The position numbers were made by a program, and so were the translations under genes. The notes under the pieces were generated by a model. The model saw nothing but the letters and a program-made list of their open reading frames with translations, was not told where the DNA came from and made no database searches. A DNA stretch of 64,000 nucleotides from Candidatus Sumerlaeota bacterium. GTDB taxonomy: Bacteria > Sumerlaeota > Sumerlaeia > SLMS01 > JAHLLQ01. Of the stretch, positions 45,940 through 54,983 are shown piece after piece. Location: positions 9,987-73,986 of the forward strand of contig JASGMJ010000022.1 of the NCBI GenBank assembly GCA_030156535.1, written 5' to 3'. How positions within the stretch are numbered: the first letter of the stretch is position 1; each line of letters begins with the position of its first letter.

Positions 45940-46545
45940 ATGAACTTCCTGGCACATCTGACGTTTGCCGATCCAACGCCCGAGTCGATGGCGGGGAATC
46001 TGATGGCGGATTTTCTGCGCGGGGCGCTGGATCCGGGGCTCCCGGAGGAAGTGCGTGTGGGCATCATGCTGCACCGGCGCGTCGATGCATTCACGGATGC
46101 GCATCCGCTCTTTCATCGCAGCCGTAATCGTATTCGCCCGCGCTGGGGGCGTTATTCACCGATCCTGGTGGACATCTTTTACGATCATGTTCTGGCACGC
46201 GAATGGGATGAATTCGCTTGCATCGGGCTGGGCGATTTCGTGCGCGAGGCGCATGCGTTTTTAGCCGAGGCCGAGCCGCTGATGCCGGAGGTGATGCAGC
46301 GCGTGATGGCACGGATGCGGGCGGAAGACTGGCTGCTCTCGTATGCCGAGAACGCGGGGATTGCGGCGACGCTGGCGCGCCTGGAGCGGCGCTTCAAGCG
46401 CCCACCACCCGAGGCACTTGCGCTGGCGGCCGACGACCTGGCGGCCCACTACGAGGGGCTGGCGGAGGACTTCCGGGAATTCTTCCCGGAGCTGCGCGCA
46501 CACGTGGAAGAGGCGACGGGACACCCCTCGATCTATCTGCGGTAA
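45940..46545 (+). CDS. acpH: Acyl carrier protein phosphodiesterase
   Basis: MNFLAHLTFADPTPESMAGNLMADFLRG... is the typical AcpH N-terminus. About 200 aa. Confidence 0.8.
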   Translation: MNFLAHLTFADPTPESMAGNLMADFLRGALDPGLPEEVRVGIMLHRRVDAFTDAHPLFHRSRNRIRPRWGRYSPILVDIFYDHVLAREWDEFACIGLGDFVREAHAFLAEAEPLMPEVMQRVMARMRAEDWLLSYAENAGIAATLARLERRFKRPPPEALALAADDLAAHYEGLAEDFREFFPELRAHVEEATGHPSIYLR

Positions 46546-46578
46546 AAACGAAGGAGCGGGCCCTTTCGAGCCCGCTCC
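46541..46578 (-). terminator. Intrinsic terminator between convergent acpH and the LamG-like gene (best on the minus strand, possibly bidirectional)
   Basis: 9-bp stem GGAGCGGGC / GCCCGCTCC (46553..46561 / 46570..46578) with 8-nt loop. On the minus strand it is followed by CTTCGTTTTTACC. Confidence 0.6.
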
Positions 46579-46609
46579 GACGTGATGAGGAGATTGCAGT
46601 GCGAGATGA

Positions 46610-47494
46610 CTACTCGAACATCTGCCATTCGTTGACAGAGCTCACGACGGCACCGGTGGGAAGAACAAAGTTCGAAGGGGTGAGCACGCCAGCCGACAGG
46701 GCGATCGCGTCCACGCCGCCGCTCAATCCGCGGTGATCGGTTGTGTTCGCTTCCAGGCTGTTATGGATCCCGACACCGATGCGGCGCAGGGAATTGTAGC
46801 CGGTGGGGAACAGTGTCGCGGAAGCCGACGAGGCGTCGTAGGTGCTGGTGCCGACCTGGGCTCCGTTGCGGTATGCGATGATCTGGCTGTTTGCGGGACT
46901 GGCATCGTTGTAGTCCAGAACGAGGACGTCGTGGTACCAAGTGTTGGCGGCAACCACCCCGGTTCCGAGGATCTGGACATTCTCGGAGTTCGAGTCGCCG
47001 CGGTCCGTCCAGAAGTCCATGCGGTCGGCACCAACGGTGCGGATGAACAGTTGGGCTGCCTCGCCTGCAGGCCACTCATTGCCGATCGGCGTCTGGATGC
47101 CGGCCGTGTTCGAGCCGCCCGAGGCATCATTGGTGTACCAGACGACTTCGATGGTCACGTCCTGAAGGATGCCGTTGTCGGACGTGATGGTCAGGCCTTC
47201 GTCCTGTCCGGCGCCGGAGTCGACGAGAAGAGCCTTGCCACCTTGGGACGTGCCGGAAACGCCCGCCGGAGCGCCGATGCTCGGGCCGTCGCCATTGTGG
47301 TTGCGCATGGTGTAGGAGAGGGAGAGGCCGAAGAGAGAACCCTGATCGACTTCGCTGGCGCCAAGTGTGTAGGCCGTGCCCTCGGCGATACCCGTCGCAT
47401 CAGCAGCGTCGTCGAAATTCAAGTAAACGATTGTCTGTGCGGAGACTGCCGAGCAAAGCAGCGCCGCTCCCAAGGTACAAAGTGCCTTTCTCAT
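46610..47494 (-). CDS. Secreted LamG/concanavalin-like lectin-fold protein
   Basis: Signal peptide MRKALCTLGAALLCSAVSAQ. Beta-rich body with ...NTWYHDVLVLDYNDASPANSQIIAYRNGAQVG..., typical of Laminin_G_3-type jellyrolls. AGGAGAAG RBS. C-terminus ...SSVNEWQMFE. Confidence 0.7.
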   Translation of the reverse strand: MRKALCTLGAALLCSAVSAQTIVYLNFDDAADATGIAEGTAYTLGASEVDQGSLFGLSLSYTMRNHNGDGPSIGAPAGVSGTSQGGKALLVDSGAGQDEGLTITSDNGILQDVTIEVVWYTNDASGGSNTAGIQTPIGNEWPAGEAAQLFIRTVGADRMDFWTDRGDSNSENVQILGTGVVAANTWYHDVLVLDYNDASPANSQIIAYRNGAQVGTSTYDASSASATLFPTGYNSLRRIGVGIHNSLEANTTDHRGLSGGVDAIALSAGVLTPSNFVLPTGAVVSSVNEWQMFE

Positions 47495-47967
47495 GTTTCT
47501 TCTCCTGCGAGGGGATGAAGTAAGCGTTACCATGAGGCTGTGTAAGCGCTTTCTTGATCCACGGTCAAGGGCAAAAATGTCCAGTCAGGACGATTTCGGT
47601 TCTCGGGAGAGGCGTTTCTTGCCCACCCGGGCCCGCATGTAATATCTCTCCTTTTCTGCTATTGTGGAATGAATTCGCTTACAGGAGGTTGTCCGGGATG
47701 CTGCTCGTCGTGTCGGGCAGCAGTAGTGTTTGTGGAGAGGAATGCGCGTATTTGCCCCAAAAGAGAACGGCTTCTGTGCAGGAGACTACTTTTTGTTTGA
47801 TGTGCTAAAACGCTTCATTCGATCTTTTTCTATCGACCGAAAGCGCATTCGCTCCATTTGAGAGTCCTCCTGTCGGAACATCGAAAAAGGTTCGCTGTAA
47901 CCGATTTCGACTGCCGCGCAAGAGTCTTCCGCACTGTCACCCACCCCCTGAAGGAGGATTTCGATAA

Positions 47968-48580
47968 ATGAAGTTTCAGAAGGCCTTTACGCTCATCGAA
48001 CTGCTCATTGTGGTGGCAACCATCGCCATCCTTGCAGCCATCGCTGTTCCTAACTTCCTTGAAGCCCAGGTGCGCTCCAAGGTCTCCCGCACCGAGGCTG
48101 ATATGCGTTCCATCAAGACCGGCATTGAGTCTTGTGCCGTTGACTACAACAAGTAACGCCTGCGGGCGTTCCTGTGCGGACCTTTGGGCTGCCGGGTATC
48201 CGGAAGGTTCGGGGCAATTTCGCCTGCGCCTCATCGCGACTCCGGTTGCCTACATGAGTTCCCTGCCAGGTGACTCGTTCAATACGAACTTCGGGGGATT
48301 TGTGGAGCCGTGCGACCGGCCCAGTTTTGTTTATCACCATAAGCAATATCATGCAAACGCCTTTGGGGTCTGGAATCCTGGGCCTCCAGGACAGGGGAAG
48401 TTGACAACTGACCCGGCATGGGTTCTGTGGCCAGAGGGTATAGACCCTGAATGGGTCCTGTATTCCCAAGGCCCCTCAGCCACCGTCGACGGCGTGACCA
48501 CCTACATCACCGCCATTCCCTATGATCCGAGCAACGGCACCATCAGTCATGGCGAGATCGTCACCTACGGTCTTGGCTGA
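47968..48580 (+). pseudogene. Pseudopilin paralog interrupted by a 43-nt insertion (premature TAA plus +1 frame change)
   Basis: Frame 1 (47968..48156): MKFQKA|FTLIELLIVVATIAILAAIAVPNFLEAQVRSKVSR...CAVDYNK*. Frame 2 resumes with YPEGSGQFRLRLIATPVAYMSSLPGDSF...PYDPSNGTISHGEIVTYGLG. Deleting 48154..48196 restores VDYNK-YPEG, matching paralogs VDNNKYPET and VDANRYPYD. A perfect AAGGAGGA RBS is retained. Confidence 0.7.
47986..48090 (+). repeat. Conserved pseudopilin N-terminal coding segment, copy B
   Basis: Encodes FTLIELLIVVATIAILAAIAVPNFLEAQVRSKVSR, one substitution relative to copies A and C. Confidence 0.85.
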
Positions 48581-49014
48581 GCTTCGCTTTACTCTTCTTT
48601 CCCTCTCTCCGCCCTCCCGGTTTCTCCTTTTTGCCCGCATTGGCCAAGACCCGGCGCTGAACAAGAGCCACCTGATCGGGCTGATCGCGGCCGCTGACGC
48701 CGCGTTTCCTGCTTTGTCTGCAAGCGATTTCGCCAGATGTCTTTTGCCCCGCCGGGGAGAGCTGTTTCTGCAGGGGATTCCGTTGTTTTTTGTCTTTTCG
48801 GCTTCCAGCTGGAGGTGTGCACTGCAGTTCTTTTGTCTGTAAGCGAATTCTTTGCTTGCTTGCTTGCTGGCGTGGAGTGGCGGTAATTCTTGGCCGCTGC
48901 AACCGATTACGTTGCCCCGTCCCGGGGCCCCTGCGGGGAGGGGCTCCCGCGCGAATCTCTCGGCTCTTTCTTCCAGAAGCGGAGGAAGACACCCCTTGCA
49001 AAGGATGATGTCCC

Positions 49015-49701
49015 ATGACCAAGCGTGCGTTTACCCTGATCGAACTTCTGATTGTCGTGGCAATCATTGCCATTCTGGCGGCGATTGCCGTTCCCAACTT
49101 CCTGGAGGCGCAGGTGCGCTCGAAAGTCTCGCGCGTGAAGGCGGATATGCGCACGATGGACACGGCCCTGAAGTCTTACTACGTTGATGCGAATCGCTAT
49201 CCCTACGACAAGGCTTACAGCAATACGATGGGGATTCCGGGAGATCGCCAACTGGAGGATTGGAGCATCGCGAGCCTGTTCATGCTCTCCACCCCGATTT
49301 CCTACGTTTCCAGCGTGAACTTCGACGACCCGTTCCTAGTCAGCAACGAGGCAGGAGCTGTGCCCCCGGGGTGGCCGAATCCTCCCGCCGGCGAGCTCCC
49401 CTACTTCAATCTTGGCTACGGGACGGATGTGGTGTCGAACTCCAGTTCAGGGAACTGGGGCGATCTCGTTGGCCCGGCAAACGAAAACACACCGGATGCG
49501 GGCTTTGTTCTCGTCAGCTACGGTCCCGACCAATTGTACATGGGGGCAGAGTGGATTTCGGCCGGGCCGGATGCCGATACAGGCTCCAACAGCATGGGCC
49601 TGACAAAGCGCATTGACCAGATTTACGATCCGACGAACGGGACGATCAGCGCGGGCGACATCGTGCGCGTTGAAGTTCCTGGTGTGCAGGTGACGTTCTG
49701 A
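49015..49701 (+). CDS. Prepilin-type N-terminal cleavage/methylation domain protein (pseudopilin), paralog C
   Basis: MTKRA|FTLIELLIVVAIIAILAAIAVPNFLEAQVRSKVSR. C-terminal YDPTNGTISAGDIV. AAGGA RBS. Confidence 0.85.
   Translation: MTKRAFTLIELLIVVAIIAILAAIAVPNFLEAQVRSKVSRVKADMRTMDTALKSYYVDANRYPYDKAYSNTMGIPGDRQLEDWSIASLFMLSTPISYVSSVNFDDPFLVSNEAGAVPPGWPNPPAGELPYFNLGYGTDVVSNSSSGNWGDLVGPANENTPDAGFVLVSYGPDQLYMGAEWISAGPDADTGSNSMGLTKRIDQIYDPTNGTISAGDIVRVEVPGVQVTF
49030..49134 (+). repeat. Conserved pseudopilin N-terminal coding segment, copy C
   Basis: Same 35-aa segment as copy A; differences are at synonymous sites. Confidence 0.85.
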
Positions 49702-49788
49702 CTGATTCCGCCAAGCGAGACGCTGAAAACCGCGGACACCCCCGGCGTGCCGGGGGTGTCCTGCTGTCTTGGTGCTGAAGGCTTTTGT

Positions 49789-50334
49789 CTATTCGAGCAG
49801 CAGCAGGGCGAAGAGTTGGAACGGGGCGTCGGCCTCGCGCACGACGTAGTCCTGCCAGAGGACCATTTCGAGAGTTTCGCGCAGTTCGATGCCGATGGCC
49901 TCGAAGGTGGGGCGGCGCTTCTGGGGGAAGTCGCAGGGGCGCAGCGAATCGTCGTGGTGCAGGTACAGGCAGTTGCCGATGGCGAGGGCGAACGCCTGGG
50001 TGTAGCCGCGCACCTGGGACTGGCGCTCGATTTCGAGCACGTCGCGGGAGAACTCGCTCCAGACGCCGCGGATGTCGCGCTGGCCGAAGGGTTCCTCGCG
50101 GCGGAGCAGCAGGCCGTACTTGTAGCTGTCGATGATGATGCGGGTTTCGTCGTGCTGGGGGGTGTGGGGCGGGACGAGGTCGGACTGGCGGACCTGGCTG
50201 CACGTGTACTGGCAGCGCAGGCGGACGGCGGGGGCGGTGAAGATTTGGGGGGTGTGGATGAACTTTGCCTCGGAGAGGCCGAAGGTGCCGGGGTCCTGCA
50301 TGATTTGGGCGATGAGTCGTTCACGCACGGCCAT
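49789..50334 (-). CDS. DUF2284-like (predicted metal-binding) protein with partly substituted Cys ligands
   Basis: FTAPAVRLRCQYTCSQVRQSDLVPPHTPQHDETR and GNCLYLHHDDSLRPCDFPQKRRPTFEAIGIEL follow the DUF2284 layout (...C..C...CPP... / ...C..C......RP..EA.GIDV), but several Cys are missing. The ATG at 50334 overlaps the nusB 3' end by 14 nt. Confidence 0.6.
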   Translation of the reverse strand: MAVRERLIAQIMQDPGTFGLSEAKFIHTPQIFTAPAVRLRCQYTCSQVRQSDLVPPHTPQHDETRIIIDSYKYGLLLRREEPFGQRDIRGVWSEFSRDVLEIERQSQVRGYTQAFALAIGNCLYLHHDDSLRPCDFPQKRRPTFEAIGIELRETLEMVLWQDYVVREADAPFQLFALLLLE

Positions 50335-50776
50335 TGCGGTGTCCCTTGGCGGGTGCGGAGTCGATCTCGCGCCCGGCGATTTTGCGGACGCGGTCGAGCA
50401 CGCCGTTGACGAATCCGGGCGAGTCGTCGTCGCCGAACTCGCGGGCGAGCTCGATGTACTCGTTGATCGAGACGCGGGCGGGGATGTCGGCACAGAAGAG
50501 GAGCTCGGCGGTGCCCAGGCGCAGGACGGCGCGGATGGAGGCGGTGAGGCGGTCCTCGGTCCAATTCTTGAGGGCGGCGGCCATGGCGTCGTCGATGGCA
50601 TCGTGGTGCTGCTCGACGAGGCCGAGCAGGCGGGTGGAGAGTTCGTCCTGGGGGCGCACGTCGTCGCTTTCGATCATGCCGACGTGGGCAATGGCCTCCT
50701 GACGATCCTGGGCAGTGAAGCCCATGGCGTAGAGGACTTGCAGGGCGGCTTCACGCGAACGGCGGCGACGGCTCAT
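50321..50776 (-). CDS. nusB: Transcription antitermination factor NusB
   Basis: MSRRRRSREAALQVLYAMGF...IRAVLRLGTAELLFCADIPARVSINEYIELAREFG...GFVNGVLDRV. About 150 aa. Confidence 0.85.
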   Translation of the reverse strand: MSRRRRSREAALQVLYAMGFTAQDRQEAIAHVGMIESDDVRPQDELSTRLLGLVEQHHDAIDDAMAAALKNWTEDRLTASIRAVLRLGTAELLFCADIPARVSINEYIELAREFGDDDSPGFVNGVLDRVRKIAGREIDSAPAKGHRNGRA

Positions 50777-50916
50777 GGAGGGCTCCGTGGAAGGTCGGCG
50801 TGGGGTGGCCACGCGGGGCGCAGAATGAGCAGGGCACTGGGGGCAGCGCAAGCGAAGGTCTCAGGGGCGGTTTCGTTTTCCGCCCCTGAGTGCTGGCGGG
50901 AGGGGAGTCGCCCGGA

Positions 50917-52206
50917 TCAGTCTGCCTGCGGCTCGGTTGCTTCTTCCTCTTCTTCGGCGGGGAGGGCGGGGGCATCGACGTCGAGGGCGTTGACGGGTGT
51001 GTTGTCCTGGAGGACTTCGTGGCCGCGGACGACGACGCGGTCGCCTTCCTTGACGCCGAAGGTGACTTCGACCTCGTCCTTGCCTTCGAGGCCGAGTTCC
51101 ACGGCAGTCATGCGCGCCACGTCGTAGCCGGTGTCATTTTGCGGCGTGGCGACGAAGACGATGTCCACATTGTTGCGGCGGGTGATGGCGCTCTTGGGGA
51201 GGCGGATCGTGTCGCGGCGGCGCTCGACGACGATTTCGGCGCGGCCGAACATGCCGGGCTTGAGCGTGCCCGTTTCGTTGGCAAGACGGATGTCCACTTC
51301 AAAGGCGCGGGTGTCGGGGTTGACGCTGTTGGAGAGGCGGACGACTTCGCCGGTGAGGGTGTAGTCTTCGGTGGCATAGAGGGTGGCGTCGGCCTGCTGG
51401 CCGATGCGAATGCGGCCAATGTCCTTGCTGGTGATGTCGCAGCGCATGAAGACCTCGGTGGTATCGACGAGGCCGCAGACGAGGTGCCCACTGGCGACCT
51501 GCTTGCCCTCGTAGCTGGTGACGGCTTCCTGGCCGAAGCCGCGGGTGAAGCGCCCCGTGCCTTCGAGGGTGGCGGGGGCGACGAGGATGCCGGAGTAGGG
51601 GGCCTTGATGACGAGGCGCTCGAGACGAGCTTCGCTTTCGAGCAGATTGGCGCGCGCCTTTTCGAGGTTGATCTGCGCTTGCTTGCGGGAGTTGCGGGCG
51701 CGTTCGAGTTCGAGTTCGGTGGCGTCGAGTTCCTTCTTGGCGGAGATGCCGCGGCTGTAGAGATTCTGGACGGTCTGGAACTCGTCCTCGCGGAAGCGCA
51801 GGGAGCGCTCGGCGATGTCGAGGTTTTCCTTCTGGATGTCGAGGTCGGCGCGGTTGAGCAGGACCTCGCGTGCGAGAGAGGGGCTGTCGAGGCGGGCGAT
51901 GACGGTGCCTTCCTCAACGAAATCGCCTTCCTTCCAGGGCTTTTCGAAGAAAAGGCGGCCGGGTTCCTCGGTGCGGATGGCGAGGCTGCGGGCGGGGATG
52001 ATGGAGCCGGTGGTGGCAATGGTGGAGCGGATCTCGCCGCGCTCGGCTTCGTCGACGAGTACGGGGGTGAGGAAGGGCTTTTCCTCTTTGACCTCAGTGC
52101 TCTTGTCCTCGTCCTTGGAGTTCCTGGCGTTGTTCTCCGGCCGTTTGCAGGCGGCAAGCGGCGCGAGAAGCAGCAGAAGGAAAAGGGAACGAAGGCAGAG
52201 GCGCAT
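50917..52206 (-). CDS. Efflux transporter periplasmic adaptor subunit (HlyD/MFP family) lipoprotein
   Basis: Lipobox MRLCLRSLFLLLLLAPLAAC. Barrel-sandwich, coiled-coil and beta-barrel order: IPARSLAIRTEEPGRLF..., GTVIARLD, long heptad region, VIKAPYSGIL, ...VVRGHEVLQDNTPV. The track ORF extends to 52533. Confidence 0.8.
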   Translation of the reverse strand: MRLCLRSLFLLLLLAPLAACKRPENNARNSKDEDKSTEVKEEKPFLTPVLVDEAERGEIRSTIATTGSIIPARSLAIRTEEPGRLFFEKPWKEGDFVEEGTVIARLDSPSLAREVLLNRADLDIQKENLDIAERSLRFREDEFQTVQNLYSRGISAKKELDATELELERARNSRKQAQINLEKARANLLESEARLERLVIKAPYSGILVAPATLEGTGRFTRGFGQEAVTSYEGKQVASGHLVCGLVDTTEVFMRCDITSKDIGRIRIGQQADATLYATEDYTLTGEVVRLSNSVNPDTRAFEVDIRLANETGTLKPGMFGRAEIVVERRRDTIRLPKSAITRRNNVDIVFVATPQNDTGYDVARMTAVELGLEGKDEVEVTFGVKEGDRVVVRGHEVLQDNTPVNALDVDAPALPAEEEEEATEPQAD

Positions 52207-52396
52207 ACAGAACAGACCCCGCAGAGGTGGGAAGTCATGGGGTCGCGGTGGCGGGAATCGGGGCAAGGGAATACCCGGTGGGGGAGTTCGTTCGCTTCCC
52301 GGTTCCTCGCTTGCCTCTCTGCCTCTGTCCTTGTCCTTGCCCGGGGCTTTGAGTACGAAACATGGGAATCGCCGATGAAAGCGCACGTGGTGCACG

Positions 52397-53443
52397 ATGG
52401 ATGCTGAACGGATCACGGGGAACCTTCCGAACCGGCCAGCAGCCGTGAAGCACGAGTCACGCAATCCCCTGCACTCGTCGGCGGGATTGCAGACGGACTT
52501 TCTGGACAACGAAGTGGTCTCGGCGGCGGACAATCCGTTGCGCGGCTGGCGATGGTTCGGCGCCGAATTGCTCTACGCCGAGTTGTGGCCCAAGTGCGTG
52601 CTTTTCAATCCCGTGATGGTGTATTTTTCGGGGCGCCGCGCGGGGCGCGAGGAGGACCTGCTCGGCCTGGCGCCGTGGGCCACGCTGCTCCTGCTCCACA
52701 TCGCGTTCATGTTCTTTGTTGCCAGCGACGGCGCGGAAATCATGGCGCTGGCAGTGCTGGAGCTCATCCTTCTGCCCATCATGGCGGCCATTGTTACAGG
52801 CGTGATGACGGGCAGCCATCTGCGCCACGCGATGCGGGGCATGTCGCTGGAGGAGTTTCTGACGACGCCGATCACGCCCCTGGATCTCGTGCAGGGTTTC
52901 TCGGTGCGCCCCATCGCCGTGCAGGCCGCCGCGCACTTTGGCTTTCTCGTCCTCAATGCCGCACTCGTTCTCATGGCCACGTGGTATCATGACGGTTCGC
53001 CGGGGTTTGTTGCCTTCGTCATCATGGTGGTCTGGAGTCCGGTGGTGTGGCATCTGATGCGCGGAACGAACGAGCTTGGCGGGGCGTTCGGAGTGCGCGC
53101 GCATCTGTGCATCAAGGACCCGCACATTGCCGCGATGCGCATGATGCTCGACATCCTGCTCTACATTGTTGTCTGCGTGGGAATCGCGATCCTGATGATC
53201 CCCGGGCTGATCGCCGTGATCCAGCTGACGATGGGGTTGTTCTGTCTGCTGACGCCCGTCCTGCTGGTGGTGTTGCCCCTCCTGATCGTGCGGCAGACGC
53301 GCGCGTGGGCGGTGAGCGCGATGAACTTCTGCCACGAGAATCCACAGGAGTGGTGGGTCAACGAGTTGAACGAAGAGGGACGTTTCGTGCGCGAACGCGG
53401 GCTGTGGACCGGATGGGACATGGAGGGGATGCGCGTGGATTAG
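52397..53443 (+). CDS. Hypothetical polytopic membrane protein
   Basis: 348-aa ORF with several long hydrophobic helices (LLLLHIAFMFFVA, LAVLELILLPIMAAIVTGVM, FGFLVLNAALVLMATW, FVAFVIMVVWSPVVW, ILLYIVVCVGIAILMIPGLIAVIQLTMGLFCLLTPVLLVVLPLLIV). No family recognised; start uncertain. Confidence 0.6.
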   Translation: MDAERITGNLPNRPAAVKHESRNPLHSSAGLQTDFLDNEVVSAADNPLRGWRWFGAELLYAELWPKCVLFNPVMVYFSGRRAGREEDLLGLAPWATLLLLHIAFMFFVASDGAEIMALAVLELILLPIMAAIVTGVMTGSHLRHAMRGMSLEEFLTTPITPLDLVQGFSVRPIAVQAAAHFGFLVLNAALVLMATWYHDGSPGFVAFVIMVVWSPVVWHLMRGTNELGGAFGVRAHLCIKDPHIAAMRMMLDILLYIVVCVGIAILMIPGLIAVIQLTMGLFCLLTPVLLVVLPLLIVRQTRAWAVSAMNFCHENPQEWWVNELNEEGRFVRERGLWTGWDMEGMRVD

Positions 53444-54876
53444 CCGATCACCGCCGGAGCGGTTCCCTCGTTCTTGGCGGGGGCAGGCTTGCCGTCACGC
53501 GCGGCGTAGCCAAACGGCGTGGCCGCAGCGGGGAGGTCGATCACGAAACGCGCGCCGCCTTCGGGGCGGTTCTCGCCCACGATGCGTCCGCCGTGGGCTT
53601 CGACGATGCGCCGCGCAATGGGCAGACCGAAGCCCGAGCCGCCACGGCGTCCCGTCACGAAAACCTGGAAGATTTCCTCGGCCTTTCCTTCGGGCAGGCC
53701 CGGCCCCGTGTCCTCGACGAACAGGCGCCACACGCCCGTTTCCAACGCCACGGCGCGCACGTGCACTTCGCGGCGGGGGACGTTTTCGAGTGCCTGCGCG
53801 GCATTGAGCAGGATGTTCGTGAGCACCTGGCGCACCGCCGTTTGGTCCGCGTTGATCCATGCATTCTCGGGCACGTCGCGGATCAGGCGCGCGTCGCGTT
53901 CCTCGAATTCCGGTTCCATCAGCGTTGCGACTTCGCCCAGCAGCGAGCCGAGCCGGATCGGCTCGGTCTCCAGCGACGACGGGAGTGCGAAGTTCATGAA
54001 GTTCGAGACGATGGCGTTGAGGCTCTGAATCTGGCGCTGGACGTTGCCGATGGTTTTCGCGGCGAACTCGGGTGAATTGTCACGCGGGTCCTCCAGTTCC
54101 TCGCGCGCGGATTCCAGATGCAGGTTCATCGCGTGAAGAGGATTGCGGATTTCGTGGGCCAGGCCGCTGGCCAGCGTGCCGATGTTCGCGAGGTGCTGGG
54201 CCTCGGCGTGCACCTGCTGCAACTCGTGGTGGCGCTTCCAGATGATGTGCAGCATCGCCATGGCGAGCGCAAGGCAGCCAATGACGGCAAGCACCATCCA
54301 GATCAGGCTGCGCTCGATGCGCGCACTGACGGGATCGAGGCTCGCGAGGGTGAGGTCCTTTTCGAGTCCGTAGGTCACGTAGCCGAGCGTCCGCTCGCCC
54401 GAGCGCACGGGGAGGCGCTCGGCCTTCACGCCCTGCGGGTACTCGCGGAACTCCAGCTCCCACGTCAGCGGTTTGTCGGAAGCGGGGATGATTCCGGCGA
54501 GCGACTGGCCCTTGCGCAGCGGGCACTTGTCCGTCGCTTCCTCGCCGCCGAACTGCTGGTAGAAGCAGTTCCCCTCGTTGTCGATCATGGCGGACATCAC
54601 GACGGCGCCGTTGTTCGACATGATACGAAGCTGGGCCTTCACGGCGGGGTCGTTGGCCACCTCGGCCAGTGATCCGATCGGGCGTCCTTCCTCGTGCTCG
54701 TATTCCGAAACGATCTTTTCGATTTCCGCGACGGAGTACTCCGCGATGCGGTTGGCTTCCTCGTGGGCGACTTCGACGAGTTCGTCCTTCATTCGGTTGA
54801 TGATGAGGGCGGAGACGAGCACGATCAGCGAGACGCAGAGCAGGAACATGCCCGTGACCGTGAAGAGCGTGCGCAT
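53440..54876 (-). CDS. Sensor histidine kinase with periplasmic sensor domain
   Basis: Two TM segments bracket a ~200-aa loop. H-box LASGLAHEIRNPLHAM. ATPase boxes NILLNAAQAL, VEDTGPGL, GGSGFGLPIARRIVEAHGG. Start taken at the ATG at 54876 (MRTLFTV...); the track ORF runs to 55182. Confidence 0.85.
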   Translation of the reverse strand: MRTLFTVTGMFLLCVSLIVLVSALIINRMKDELVEVAHEEANRIAEYSVAEIEKIVSEYEHEEGRPIGSLAEVANDPAVKAQLRIMSNNGAVVMSAMIDNEGNCFYQQFGGEEATDKCPLRKGQSLAGIIPASDKPLTWELEFREYPQGVKAERLPVRSGERTLGYVTYGLEKDLTLASLDPVSARIERSLIWMVLAVIGCLALAMAMLHIIWKRHHELQQVHAEAQHLANIGTLASGLAHEIRNPLHAMNLHLESAREELEDPRDNSPEFAAKTIGNVQRQIQSLNAIVSNFMNFALPSSLETEPIRLGSLLGEVATLMEPEFEERDARLIRDVPENAWINADQTAVRQVLTNILLNAAQALENVPRREVHVRAVALETGVWRLFVEDTGPGLPEGKAEEIFQVFVTGRRGGSGFGLPIARRIVEAHGGRIVGENRPEGGARFVIDLPAAATPFGYAARDGKPAPAKNEGTAPAVIG

Positions 54877-54983
54877 GCGGGTGGAGCACGCGGCGTTCAG
54901 CAGGCCGCGCTTCTCGCCGCAATTGGGCGTTGCTGCTGCGTTGAGGTCTTTGGACACGCGCGTCTCCGTGGCGAGGTCGAATT

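Noticed and set aside
48154-48210. Programmed translational bypass (gene-60-like hop) across the 43-nt insertion. The stop codon lies right after the last sense codon and inside a hairpin, which is reminiscent of a take-off site.
   Set aside because: No matching landing codon is in the right frame. The nearest AAG (48204..48206) would resume in the wrong frame. An insertion pseudogene or an assembly artefact is more parsimonious.
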